From Flavobacteriaceae bacterium UBA3159 (GTDB lineage Bacteria; Bacteroidota; Bacteroidia; Flavobacteriales; Flavobacteriaceae), in assembly GCA_002364535.1 (NCBI GenBank), contig DEYL01000054.1, forward strand, positions 7,309 through 71,308: a DNA stretch of 64,000 nucleotides. Reading direction: 5' to 3'. Under the pieces are notes generated by a model. That model saw only the letters and a list, made by a program, of their open reading frames with translations, was not told where the DNA came from and did no database searches. Of this stretch, positions 18,427 through 27,784 are shown piece after piece. The translations under genes and the position numbers were made by a program. Numbering within the stretch: position 1 is the stretch's first letter; every line of letters begins with the position of its first letter.

Positions 18427-19842
18427 TTAAATTTCAGTTCGTTTTGTTTCAGCATTAGCCTTTTCGAGGAATTCCCCCAAGGCCTTGTTTAGTTTGATCA
18501 CCCGTTCCGGCATTTGTTTTGAAAGATCATTCTTTTCTTCTACATCCTCAGATAAATTAAATAATTCTAGTGCGTTTGTTTCCCAATTTTTAACCAACTT
18601 ATAATCCCCCCAGCGAATGGCGGAAATAGGTTTTCTGTTGGCGGCCTGGTGGAAAATTAAATAAGGAGAGTTGCGCTCCACCCGTCCAACTCCATTGTTG
18701 TGGATTATACATTCCAAGTTTCCTCCATCTATAATTTCTGGGAGTGAGTCGTTGTAGCCTGCCAGTCGGGCCACTGTTGGTAAAATATCTAATCCAGTAA
18801 CGGGAACATCAGAATGTGCGTTAGATGAAATTCCAGGCCCACAGACCACAAAAGGTACCCTAAGACCTCCCTCATACATCGATCCTTTGCCCCCTCTTAA
18901 AGGAAAGTTTCGGTCGATTCTTTGCTTAGGTCCAATGGGGATTGAGGTTCTTCCGCCATTATCAGACAAAAAGAAAATATAAGTGTTGTCTACAATTCCA
19001 AGCGATGCTATTTTATCCAACAAAATCCCTATTCCTTCATCCATATCCTCAGTCATTGCTGCAAAGGCTGGTACAAGGTGTTTTTGTCCTTTTTTTAACT
19101 TACTATATTTACTAATGTTTTTTTCGGAATGGGTGATGGCCAAGTGAACTGCGTAGTGAGAGATTTGAAGATAAAAAGGCTTATTATTTTTTGTTTGAGT
19201 TTCGATAAAATCATTTGATCTTTGGGTCAAGGAGAAAATTAATTTTGGATCATTGTAGGCTTTGGGCCAGGCTTCTCCCATGGGAAAAGGAATGTCTTTA
19301 CCCTCTTTTTGAAGGGTTTTCTTTCCCCCTCCAGTATTGTTTGATGTGAGCCCATCGCTGAAATCATAACCCATTTCCTCAGGGGTAAAATTATCGTAGC
19401 GGGCATCCCATTTCCCAAAATGAGCGGTAACGTATGCAGGGTCTACCATTTTTAGAATTTTGGGTATAGTCATCTGTTTTCTAAATGTCTTTGTCCAATT
19501 CTCCCTGTCTTTTTGATATTCGTGCTTTGCAGGAGTCAACCCGGTTAATATGCTTTTTCTGGTAGGTGAGCAAAAGGGCGCGGGTGAGTATCCATTGGTC
19601 ATGCGCATACCATTGTTTGCTAATCGTTCCATATTGGGAGTTTGATAGTAGTCGCTTTTGGAGCGCGGATCATTTGGATCGGCTAAAAAAGAGGTTCCAA
19701 CCCAACTTTGATCATCGGTTAGGATCACAATAAAGTTTGGTTTTCTCTCATTCGCCTTTTGACCATAACAAGATGAAAATACAAAAATGAATGTTACAAA
19801 AATTATATTCACATTATTTGAATATTTTGCAAGGGTTTTCAT
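18427..19842 (-). CDS. S1 sulfatase (Cys-type); first gene of the 13-gene minus-strand array
   Basis: Motifs seen: IVILTDDQSW, SPAPFCSPTRKSILTG, GKWD, FLSDNGG. Confidence 0.9.
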   Translation of the reverse strand: MKTLAKYSNNVNIIFVTFIFVFSSCYGQKANERKPNFIVILTDDQSWVGTSFLADPNDPRSKSDYYQTPNMERLANNGMRMTNGYSPAPFCSPTRKSILTGLTPAKHEYQKDRENWTKTFRKQMTIPKILKMVDPAYVTAHFGKWDARYDNFTPEEMGYDFSDGLTSNNTGGGKKTLQKEGKDIPFPMGEAWPKAYNDPKLIFSLTQRSNDFIETQTKNNKPFYLQISHYAVHLAITHSEKNISKYSKLKKGQKHLVPAFAAMTEDMDEGIGILLDKIASLGIVDNTYIFFLSDNGGRTSIPIGPKQRIDRNFPLRGGKGSMYEGGLRVPFVVCGPGISSNAHSDVPVTGLDILPTVARLAGYNDSLPEIIDGGNLECIIHNNGVGRVERNSPYLIFHQAANRKPISAIRWGDYKLVKNWETNALELFNLSEDVEEKNDLSKQMPERVIKLNKALGEFLEKANAETKRTEI

Positions 19843-19948
19843 CTGTTTAAATCTTTCTTAATTCTGGTTCACCTAATTTCAAATGCATTTAAAATTAGTT
19901 CTAAAAACCCTTAAATCATAATTTTTAAAGATATAAACTAATGAATTT

Positions 19949-21148
19949 TTATTGGTTTAATATAGCATTGTAAACATGATTTTCAAAAATTTCTCTACGT
20001 GAGTAATGCCAGCCTTTCATTTGTGTCATCAGTATCATTATCATTTCCTCCTTCGGGTCAATTCTAAAATAAGGTCCCCAAGATCCAAACCAGCCATAAC
20101 TTCCCTGGCTGCCAGGAAAAGGATATGCTTTAATATTTTTAATCACATTAAATGTAAAGCCGAATCCAATAGCATTATTGGGTTTATGATTGTCATTACT
20201 ACGTTTGGTGTTCTTGATTAACTTCAGTTGGTCACTGGTCATTAATGCTACCGTTTTTGGTTCTAAAATTGTAGTTCCTTTATAGGTCCCTTTGTTCAAC
20301 AGCATCCTACAAAAAATAGAAAAATCCAGCATGGTAGAGGCCAAACCTCCCGCGGGATTATAAAAGGTTACGTTATGTGTGTATGGCGAGCTCATTGGGT
20401 GATCAATTAAGCTGTGATACCCAGGTCTTTCTAAAAAATAACCCGATGCAAGACGATGGTGTTTCTCCTTGGGAATTTCAAAAAAAGTATCTTGCATGTT
20501 AAGGGGGTCGAAAATCTCTTTTTTTAAAAAAACATCGATTTTCTGTCCGGTTAGTTTTTCAATTAGATAAGCCCCTATGCTGACTGAGGGCCCGTATATC
20601 CATAAGGTTCCTGGTTCTGCAGCGAGTGGAATTTCACTCATCCTCTTTACCTCTGTCTCCAAATCAAAGGAGGGGTTGAATTTTAATACATCAAATTCCT
20701 TTCTCAACGCAGGGTATGTTTTTCCAATACCAGTGGTATGTCTTAGAACATCTATCACGCGAATAGGTTTTGAAGCAGGTTTGAGCGTTCCATCTGCTTG
20801 ATATACCATTGGGTTTTTATATTCTGGAATATAGAGACCAATGGGATCCTCTAACTCAAAATATCCCTTTTCATATAGCTTCATTATTGCTACAGCAACA
20901 ATGCATTTAGTCATGGAGGCGATTCTATGAATACTGTTTTGCTGAAGTAGTTTGCCCTCCTTAAGGTTGTCATGACCATATAAATCGGTATGAATTACTT
21001 TTCCTCCTTTTATGATCAATGTTTGAAATCCAACTAATTCACCGTCGGAAACAAATTGGCGCATCCTTTGATCTAACTTTTCAAAATTGTATTGAGCAGA
21101 AAGGTAAAGGCTGAAAAAAGTGAATAGAAATATGAATAGTCGTCTCAT
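19949..21148 (-). CDS. Beta-lactamase-fold serine hydrolase (possible esterase or peptidase)
   Basis: Has a signal peptide. It carries the S-x-x-K nucleophile motif in IASMTKCIVAVAIM. Overall it resembles the class C / family VIII esterase-like 'serine hydrolase' family. Confidence 0.7.
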   Translation of the reverse strand: MRRLFIFLFTFFSLYLSAQYNFEKLDQRMRQFVSDGELVGFQTLIIKGGKVIHTDLYGHDNLKEGKLLQQNSIHRIASMTKCIVAVAIMKLYEKGYFELEDPIGLYIPEYKNPMVYQADGTLKPASKPIRVIDVLRHTTGIGKTYPALRKEFDVLKFNPSFDLETEVKRMSEIPLAAEPGTLWIYGPSVSIGAYLIEKLTGQKIDVFLKKEIFDPLNMQDTFFEIPKEKHHRLASGYFLERPGYHSLIDHPMSSPYTHNVTFYNPAGGLASTMLDFSIFCRMLLNKGTYKGTTILEPKTVALMTSDQLKLIKNTKRSNDNHKPNNAIGFGFTFNVIKNIKAYPFPGSQGSYGWFGSWGPYFRIDPKEEMIMILMTQMKGWHYSRREIFENHVYNAILNQ

Positions 21149-21190
21149 ACTGTAAAACTAAATAGTAAATTGTATAATTAAAAATATAAA

Positions 21191-21226
21191 AAAACCCGTT
21201 TTTGTTTGAAATCAAAAACGGGTTTT
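21191..21226 (-). terminator. Rho-independent terminator after the SusD-like gene
   Basis: A perfect 14-bp inverted repeat, AAAACCCGTTTTTG (21191-21204) / CAAAAACGGGTTTT (21213-21226), with an 8-nt loop. Read on the minus strand it is followed by a T-run (complement of aaaatataaaaaaa). Confidence 0.8.
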
Positions 21227-21243
21227 AAAGAATATTAATCTAA

Positions 21244-23124
21244 TTAGTATCCAGGGTTCTGACTTACATCATTTGTTGCTAGATCAATTTCAGATAGTGG
21301 AATAGGTCTTAAATAGTGGTATTCTTCAATATAATTGAGGGCACCTATCCATGGATTGAATGCTTTACTTCTACTAATTAAAGTAGCTGTTCTTTTAAGG
21401 TCATACCATCTTAGTCCCTCTCCCATAAACTCACGTGCTCTTTCATCCATAATCATTTCAATTGTAACAGAACCTGATGCTCGGTAGCTTTTGGCGGCAG
21501 TTGAACTTAAATCATTTGGGTCAGCAGCCATATCGGCATCAGCACCAGATCCACCAACTGCACGATCAACAACTGCATTATAATAATCAGAAGCCGAACC
21601 GATAGATCCATTACTAGCTCCCTTAACAATTGCCTCAGCAGCTATAAGGTATGCCTCTGAAGATCTCATAAGGGGTTGGTCAAACTCTCCAAACCCGTTA
21701 CCATAGTCGATACCTGGCTCCCAAAACTTCCACATCATTGGGTGTTTACTGTTGTTGTGATAATTAGATTCATCTATTTTTCCGAGCTGGTCAACATTAA
21801 TTACGGCGTAATCCATATTTCCTCCTACATCCTTTCCTCTCTCTGCTAGGGTAGTCGCTGGATTATTCCAATCTCTATACTCGACAACTACATCGCCCTT
21901 TTTGATATCAATGGCAGCGACACCATCTGCAGGAACAAAACCAGGATTATCAACGACAGCATAAACCTTTTCAACAAAGTTTAAATGATATCTTGTATCA
22001 GTCTCAGGATCAAAAAGTCTCCAAACACCAGGGACAGTAGTATGAATACCCAATTGTCTGTTGTAGTCAGATGTTCTGCCTGGACTACCAGGACATTCAT
22101 CATGAGATCCTCCAAAAATACTATGTGCATTATTACCCCAATCAGATGAAATTCCTTCCCCACCAGCTGAATAAGAGTCTTCCCCAACACTAGTAAGTGG
22201 ACTATTGGAATATTGAACAGAGAATATTGTTTCAGTATTTTTGTAATTTTGATTACCAGGTTCATGACTTTGATTTGTTACATCTTCATTCTTTTTTGGA
22301 AAAATATCTTTATAATTGTCAACCATAGGGTGGGCAGCTATTACTTTATCAGCATACTCTCTTGCAGATGTGAAATCAGCAGGAGTTCCACCTAAGGCAT
22401 TCTGAAAATTCCAACCTCTAGTTAAATAAACCCTTGCAAGTAGATGTTGAGCTGCTCCTTTGTTGGCTCTACCATAATCAGATGCAGCTGGGGGTAAAGC
22501 TGCTTCAGCTTCAGTCAAATCAGTAATTATTTGAGAGTAAACCTCCGCGGAAGGAACTCTAATTACTTCTTTGCTGGCACCAGTTGTTTCTTCGAGTGGC
22601 ATAGGAATATCACCAAATTGCTGAACTAAAGAAAATAAGCAGTAAGATCTTATAAATTTCGCTTCCGCAACTCTTATAGATAAGGTATTAGCATATGAAC
22701 CGGTATTTTCAACTTTATCTGAACGTGATATAACAGTGTTTGCTCTATTTAAGGCTTTATAATGATAAACCCAAAAGTCTTCAACTTCAGATACACCAGA
22801 GGTGAATTCAGGTCCATATACGTCAATGTTAACATTAGGTTCAGTACCAACATTTCTAAAACCACCACTACGTGAAAAAATATCAGTTCCATTTAGAGTT
22901 AGTGCCCTAAGTTGAGCTATAGGTCTTAAAAGCGGATAAATTGACTTACTCAAATCTTCAAAACCGGAAGGAGTAGAAAAATAATCTCCAGCAGTTTGAT
23001 TTGAAATGCTTTCCTCTTTAAGTATAGATTCAGGCTCGCAACTCATTGCAACCAATAAAGAGAAAGCGATTAAAATTTTATTTAATGTTTTCATTTGTTT
23101 TATAATTTCTTTTAAACTTTTCAT
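21244..23124 (-). CDS. SusD/RagB-family outer-membrane glycan-binding lipoprotein (pair 2)
   Basis: Lies immediately downstream of a SusC-like gene. Has lipobox AMSC and the SusD-type C-terminus ...DVSQNPGY. The start may instead be the Met at 23094 (MKTLNKIL...). Confidence 0.85.
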   Translation of the reverse strand: MKSLKEIIKQMKTLNKILIAFSLLVAMSCEPESILKEESISNQTAGDYFSTPSGFEDLSKSIYPLLRPIAQLRALTLNGTDIFSRSGGFRNVGTEPNVNIDVYGPEFTSGVSEVEDFWVYHYKALNRANTVISRSDKVENTGSYANTLSIRVAEAKFIRSYCLFSLVQQFGDIPMPLEETTGASKEVIRVPSAEVYSQIITDLTEAEAALPPAASDYGRANKGAAQHLLARVYLTRGWNFQNALGGTPADFTSAREYADKVIAAHPMVDNYKDIFPKKNEDVTNQSHEPGNQNYKNTETIFSVQYSNSPLTSVGEDSYSAGGEGISSDWGNNAHSIFGGSHDECPGSPGRTSDYNRQLGIHTTVPGVWRLFDPETDTRYHLNFVEKVYAVVDNPGFVPADGVAAIDIKKGDVVVEYRDWNNPATTLAERGKDVGGNMDYAVINVDQLGKIDESNYHNNSKHPMMWKFWEPGIDYGNGFGEFDQPLMRSSEAYLIAAEAIVKGASNGSIGSASDYYNAVVDRAVGGSGADADMAADPNDLSSTAAKSYRASGSVTIEMIMDERAREFMGEGLRWYDLKRTATLISRSKAFNPWIGALNYIEEYHYLRPIPLSEIDLATNDVSQNPGY

Positions 23125-23142
23125 CGTATCGCTGATTTAGAA

Positions 23143-26100
23143 TTAAAAATTAATGTTAACCCCAAACAATACTGTAAGAGCAGGGAGATCATCATCATTT
23201 CCTCCTGAATTATATTCAGGGTCAAAGGATAGGAAATCAGTGAAAACAAATGGGTTTTGTACTTGACCATAAAGTCTAAATCTTGAAACTCCAAGTTCAC
23301 TCAAAATCTGACTAGGTAAGCTGTATCCCATTGTAACATCTGAAATTCTAACAAAATCTGCTAATTGGTAACTCAATCCAACTCTAGAAGTACCTCCCTT
23401 ACTTTCGTTTTTACTATTTAATCCCGGACCAGTGACCGGATTAAAGTATGTATTACTTGGATTATCAGGAGTCCAATAATCAATGTCTGCAGATCTATTG
23501 TAACGATCACTTGCAATATCACCGTATGTACCATTCAAGAATGCATTTGAATACATTTGACCTTGCCTAGTATACACAAAAAAGGACATATCCCAGTTTT
23601 TATAATTGAACTGGTTTCTCAAACCAGCGGTCCAATCTGGAGTACCCTTACCAACTATCATTCTATCATCAGAATTAATTTTTTTATCACCATTGAGATC
23701 ACGAATTCTAATTTGTCCTGGTTCTTGGCCAAATTCAGCTGCTTCAGCCTCCTGTCCAAGTTGCCAAATGCCCTCAAACTTATAACTATAATAAGCTCTT
23801 ACGGACTCTCCAACAAATCGTTTATTTCCTATGTCCTCGGTCAGACCACCTGCTAGCTTTACAACTTTATCGTCATTAGCGGTAAAAGTTAAGTTAGAAG
23901 ACCATTTGAAATCTCCTTTACTTAAATTAACAGAGTTAAGTGAGACTTCAATACCACTATTTTCAATTTCTCCCACGTTATCCAGTACATTATTAAATCC
24001 TGTGGAATTTGGAACTTTATCATCTAAAATTAAATCTTCAGTATTTCTTTTGTAATATTCAACTGTTCCACTTAGTTTAATGATACTTAAAGAAAAGTCT
24101 AAACCAAAATTAATCTCTTTACTCCTCTCCCAAACAACTCCTTGATTTGCAAGACTGTTTATTGTGTAACCCAACGCAGGATTTCCACCAAAATCGTAGA
24201 AGGTCTGAAAAATATTTGATTGAGTGGCATATGGACTAATACTTGCATTATTTCCAACTTCTCCATAACTAGCTCTTAGTTTTAAGTTATCAAAAACTCC
24301 AAGTTCTTGAACAAATGATTCATCAGACATTCTCCAGCCAATCGCGGCTGATGGGAAAAAAGCCCATTTGTTTCCATCAGCTAATTGAGATGCTCCATCA
24401 CGTCGGCCAGTAATAGTTATTAAATATTTACCATCAAAACCATAATTAACTCTCCCCATGTAAGAAACAATTGAATAATCAGTTAGGTTTGAACCATAAC
24501 TAGTAACTGTTGCTCCAGTTCCAAGACTATGCCATAGTGAACTATAAGGAAGATCCTCTACACCAATATTCATTGATTCATTATACTCTTCAAATACACT
24601 GAATAGAGCTGTTGCGTCTATAGAATGTTTTCCAAATTGCTTTGTGTAGCTAAGGGTGTTATCAACAGTATAATTGGAAGCTTTGTTTTGAATTGTTGAC
24701 CCTATTGGACTTCTTGATCCTTTACGTGATTTAGTGTAGGTTCCTCTAAATTCTCCTTCTCTCTGATTATTTGTGTATGCTGAGTATGAAGTTTTTAATT
24801 TTAAATCTGGAAATAATTCATATTCGAGATACACATTAGCAATCATTGAGTTAGACTTTCTTTGTCTTTGAAAGTTATCAGGATCAATTTCAATCAATGG
24901 ATTAATTACCTGAGAGTCGTTAATACCCATATAGAAAGCTAAATCACCTACAGGGCCAAAATTAGTGTCACGTTTATTTGGTTCAACGATATTATCAAAA
25001 TAAGGAGTACCGGTTGGTCTTGCTCTCATTGCAGACCTTACCGCTTCTGTGGATCCCCAATTTCTTTCATTTTCGGTAACATAAGCAGTAAATCCAACTT
25101 TAAATTTATCTGATACCTTACTTTCAATACCTGCGTTCAAACTTAACCGGCCATAATCAGCATTGCTAACAAGTCCCTCCTCTAATTGTTTACCAGCTGA
25201 AAAATTATAAGTTGTTGAATCAGATCCACCTGAAACTGAAATAGTATGATTTTGTTGAATAGCATCACGTGTTACCAAATCTAAAAAATCAGTGGTGATC
25301 CCATTATTTATATTGTACATTTCTTGAGCGGTAAAACCTCTACCGAACCTATCCTCATTTTTATATAATTCATAGAATTGCTTTGAACTCAATAGATCTG
25401 GAATGTGAGCCTTTGTTTTAACTCCATAATAACCATTGTAAGACACACTAGGTTTTCCTGATGCACCTTTTTTAGTAGTTACGATAATAACCCCATTTGC
25501 TCCACGAGCACCGTAAACAGCAGTAGAGGAAGCATCTTTAAGAACATCAATAGTCTGAATATCTCCTGGATTAATATCATTGATATTAGCTCCCATAATA
25601 CCGTCAACGACTACTAAAGGTCTTGTTTTTTCGTCATCAAAATTATTTAGACCTCTAATATTAATGTCGAAATCGTTCCCAGGTCTGCTTTTTGTCTTGG
25701 TAACCACCACACCAGCAACTTGTCCCTGGAGGGACGCAGCAGCTTGAATGGGGTTAGCTCTCTGAATAACTTCAGTTTTAATCTGGGCAATTGCTCCAGT
25801 TAAATCTCTTTTTTTAATAGATCCATAGCCTGTTAAAACAACCTCCTCTAGCTCGTCAGAGCCCATTTCCAAAGAAATATTAAATGATTCTGCTTTTGAC
25901 ACTTCAATTTCCTTATCTAAAAATCCAACAAATGAAAATGTTAGAAAGTCAGATTCTGACGCTTCAATTGAATAATTTCCATCAAAATCTGTTGAAGTGC
26001 CTGATTCAGTTCCTTTGACTAATACATTAACTCCTGGCAAAGGAACTCCTGATTCGTCGGTGACGATTCCAGATACAGTCCTCTGAGCATACACAAAATT

Positions 26101-26154
26101 TGTTATTATTAATGCAAATACAAGGGGAACAATTTTGTAGTTAAATTGTTTCAT
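23143..26154 (-). CDS. SusC-like TonB-dependent transporter (pair 2)
   Basis: Carboxypeptidase-regulatory-like N-domain (VSGIVTDESGVPLPGVNVLVKGT...TDFDGNYSI), plug region (VVLTGYGSIKKRDLTGA) and terminal ...GVNINF. No STN signalling domain is visible. I prefer the start at 26154 (MKQFNYKIVPLVFA...) over the ORF-track start at 26190. Confidence 0.9.
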   Translation of the reverse strand: MKQFNYKIVPLVFALIITNFVYAQRTVSGIVTDESGVPLPGVNVLVKGTESGTSTDFDGNYSIEASESDFLTFSFVGFLDKEIEVSKAESFNISLEMGSDELEEVVLTGYGSIKKRDLTGAIAQIKTEVIQRANPIQAAASLQGQVAGVVVTKTKSRPGNDFDINIRGLNNFDDEKTRPLVVVDGIMGANINDINPGDIQTIDVLKDASSTAVYGARGANGVIIVTTKKGASGKPSVSYNGYYGVKTKAHIPDLLSSKQFYELYKNEDRFGRGFTAQEMYNINNGITTDFLDLVTRDAIQQNHTISVSGGSDSTTYNFSAGKQLEEGLVSNADYGRLSLNAGIESKVSDKFKVGFTAYVTENERNWGSTEAVRSAMRARPTGTPYFDNIVEPNKRDTNFGPVGDLAFYMGINDSQVINPLIEIDPDNFQRQRKSNSMIANVYLEYELFPDLKLKTSYSAYTNNQREGEFRGTYTKSRKGSRSPIGSTIQNKASNYTVDNTLSYTKQFGKHSIDATALFSVFEEYNESMNIGVEDLPYSSLWHSLGTGATVTSYGSNLTDYSIVSYMGRVNYGFDGKYLITITGRRDGASQLADGNKWAFFPSAAIGWRMSDESFVQELGVFDNLKLRASYGEVGNNASISPYATQSNIFQTFYDFGGNPALGYTINSLANQGVVWERSKEINFGLDFSLSIIKLSGTVEYYKRNTEDLILDDKVPNSTGFNNVLDNVGEIENSGIEVSLNSVNLSKGDFKWSSNLTFTANDDKVVKLAGGLTEDIGNKRFVGESVRAYYSYKFEGIWQLGQEAEAAEFGQEPGQIRIRDLNGDKKINSDDRMIVGKGTPDWTAGLRNQFNYKNWDMSFFVYTRQGQMYSNAFLNGTYGDIASDRYNRSADIDYWTPDNPSNTYFNPVTGPGLNSKNESKGGTSRVGLSYQLADFVRISDVTMGYSLPSQILSELGVSRFRLYGQVQNPFVFTDFLSFDPEYNSGGNDDDLPALTVLFGVNINF

Positions 26155-26271
26155 ATTAATTATTTTAGATTTATTTAGTTTACTAGTCATTAAATTTAAT
26201 TCCTATTAAAAAAATTATTGTTTTTTTACCGTAAAAATACTGTTTTGAATAGATATAATGTAAAAGAAATT

Positions 26272-26309
26272 AAAAAAAGGGTTTTAAAATTCCTCTAAAC
26301 CCTTTTTTT
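26272..26309 (-). terminator. Rho-independent terminator after the SusD-like gene of pair 1
   Basis: Inverted repeat AAAGGGTTT (26276-26284) / AAACCCTTT (26297-26305), extendable through the flanking A/T runs, with a 12-nt loop. A T-run follows on the minus strand. Confidence 0.6.
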
Positions 26310-26324
26310 AATTTTTTTTTACTA

Positions 26325-27773
26325 CTAATATCCTGGATTTTGGGATAGTATTGAAGGATCATTAACCTTCAAAATTTCAGCTTCAGGAATACCAAAAAGT
26401 CTTTTTACGGAACTGTAAGGGTATGCGGATAGAGCAAAAGCTGATAAAACTACCTCATCTTTTCCTGTTCTTAAAAGGTCCCACCAACGATTACTCTCAC
26501 CAGCAAACTCAAATCTCCTTTCATTTATAATAGCATCTAAAAAAGAAGACTGACTAGAGAGCTCAGTGGAAGTTAAATCAGCTAATCCAGCTCTTGTTCT
26601 TACTTCATTTAATATGCTAAATGCCTCAGCACTAGGATAGCTTTCACTATTTAATATTTCAGCATAAAGCATTTTAACATCTGTATACCTTACTATTGGA
26701 ATATCAACGCCCCATTCTTGGAAAGTAGCTGGTGAATTGTTTTTTGCATATTTAATCCAAAAACGATCATCAGCAACAAATTCACCATCCTCTGTTGATG
26801 TCCATCCATTTTGAATGGTTAGATCTCTTCTCAAATCACCTGTTTCATATGAAAACCACAAATCATCACTTACCATTTGTTTTCGGGTAACTCCATTTAA
26901 TGGAACTTCAGCAGCCATTTTGGGAACTTGCTGAGGTTGACCATTTCCCATACCTGCAACTGTCTTGTCATATTGTATAGAGAAAACAACATGAGGTCCG
27001 TTATCATTTGATTCTTTAAAGAGTTCAGCATAATCTGATTGCATTGAAAATTTACCACTATCTATTATTGATTTGAGATGAGGTTTAGCTGAGGTATAAT
27101 TTCCCTGTTGAATGTATGCTTTTGCAGCCATACCGTTTGCAGAATAAATTGTTGGACGCCCTTTATCATTTTGATTACTACTTAGACCAGCTGATGGATT
27201 AGAAATAGCCTCAAATTCAGAAGTAACAAATGCATAAACTTCAGCAAGTGCTGTTCTTCCAACTGTAAAACTTTCCTCCAACCCTACAGGTTTCAATACC
27301 AAGGGTACGTCTCCGAAATGTCTTACTAACTCATAATACATAAGGGCCCTTAAAAATCTAGCTTGTGCAATATGACTTTGTTTTTGAGCATAGTCCTCGA
27401 TATCTTCAGATTTTTGTATAACTATATTTACACGATTTATGATTGAGTAACACGTGTTCCAAATATCAGTTGATACTTGAGAACCAGCATTTTCATTATA
27501 TTGAGATATGTTTAACTCTAAATTATTTGCATATCCTTGAGTCTGTGACGAATTATCTCCCCTCCATATTGCAGCTCTTATCATCATTTCATCATAGAGT
27601 GAATTCAAAGATGAATAAGCACCAGTTAACGCTTGATCTATTTGAATTGATGATTGATAGAAGTTTCCGGTAGTCAACTGTGAAATCGGAGCTAAATCTA
27701 AATCTTCTTCATCACAACCAATAAATACTGTTGTAATTATTAAGCTGTAAAATAAAATTCTAAATTTTTTCAT
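26325..27773 (-). CDS. SusD/RagB-family outer-membrane glycan-binding lipoprotein (pair 1)
   Basis: Has lipobox FIGC and lies directly downstream of a SusC-like gene. The C-terminus is ...ILSQNPGY. Confidence 0.85.
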   Translation of the reverse strand: MKKFRILFYSLIITTVFIGCDEEDLDLAPISQLTTGNFYQSSIQIDQALTGAYSSLNSLYDEMMIRAAIWRGDNSSQTQGYANNLELNISQYNENAGSQVSTDIWNTCYSIINRVNIVIQKSEDIEDYAQKQSHIAQARFLRALMYYELVRHFGDVPLVLKPVGLEESFTVGRTALAEVYAFVTSEFEAISNPSAGLSSNQNDKGRPTIYSANGMAAKAYIQQGNYTSAKPHLKSIIDSGKFSMQSDYAELFKESNDNGPHVVFSIQYDKTVAGMGNGQPQQVPKMAAEVPLNGVTRKQMVSDDLWFSYETGDLRRDLTIQNGWTSTEDGEFVADDRFWIKYAKNNSPATFQEWGVDIPIVRYTDVKMLYAEILNSESYPSAEAFSILNEVRTRAGLADLTSTELSSQSSFLDAIINERRFEFAGESNRWWDLLRTGKDEVVLSAFALSAYPYSSVKRLFGIPEAEILKVNDPSILSQNPGY

Positions 27774-27784
27774 TTTTATATATT

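Noticed and set aside
19949-21148. Reading the beta-lactamase-fold protein as an antibiotic-resistance beta-lactamase.
   Set aside because: Only the generic SxxK motif is evident. The PUL context and its similarity to the broad 'serine hydrolase' family make an esterase or peptidase role more likely. I make no resistance claim.
26155-26190. A 12-codon N-terminal extension of SusC pair 2, and likewise the GTG extension of ccsBA at 59077-59091.
   Set aside because: The downstream Met gives a standard signal or first TM segment. The extensions add charged residues with no function and, for ccsBA, rely on a GTG start.
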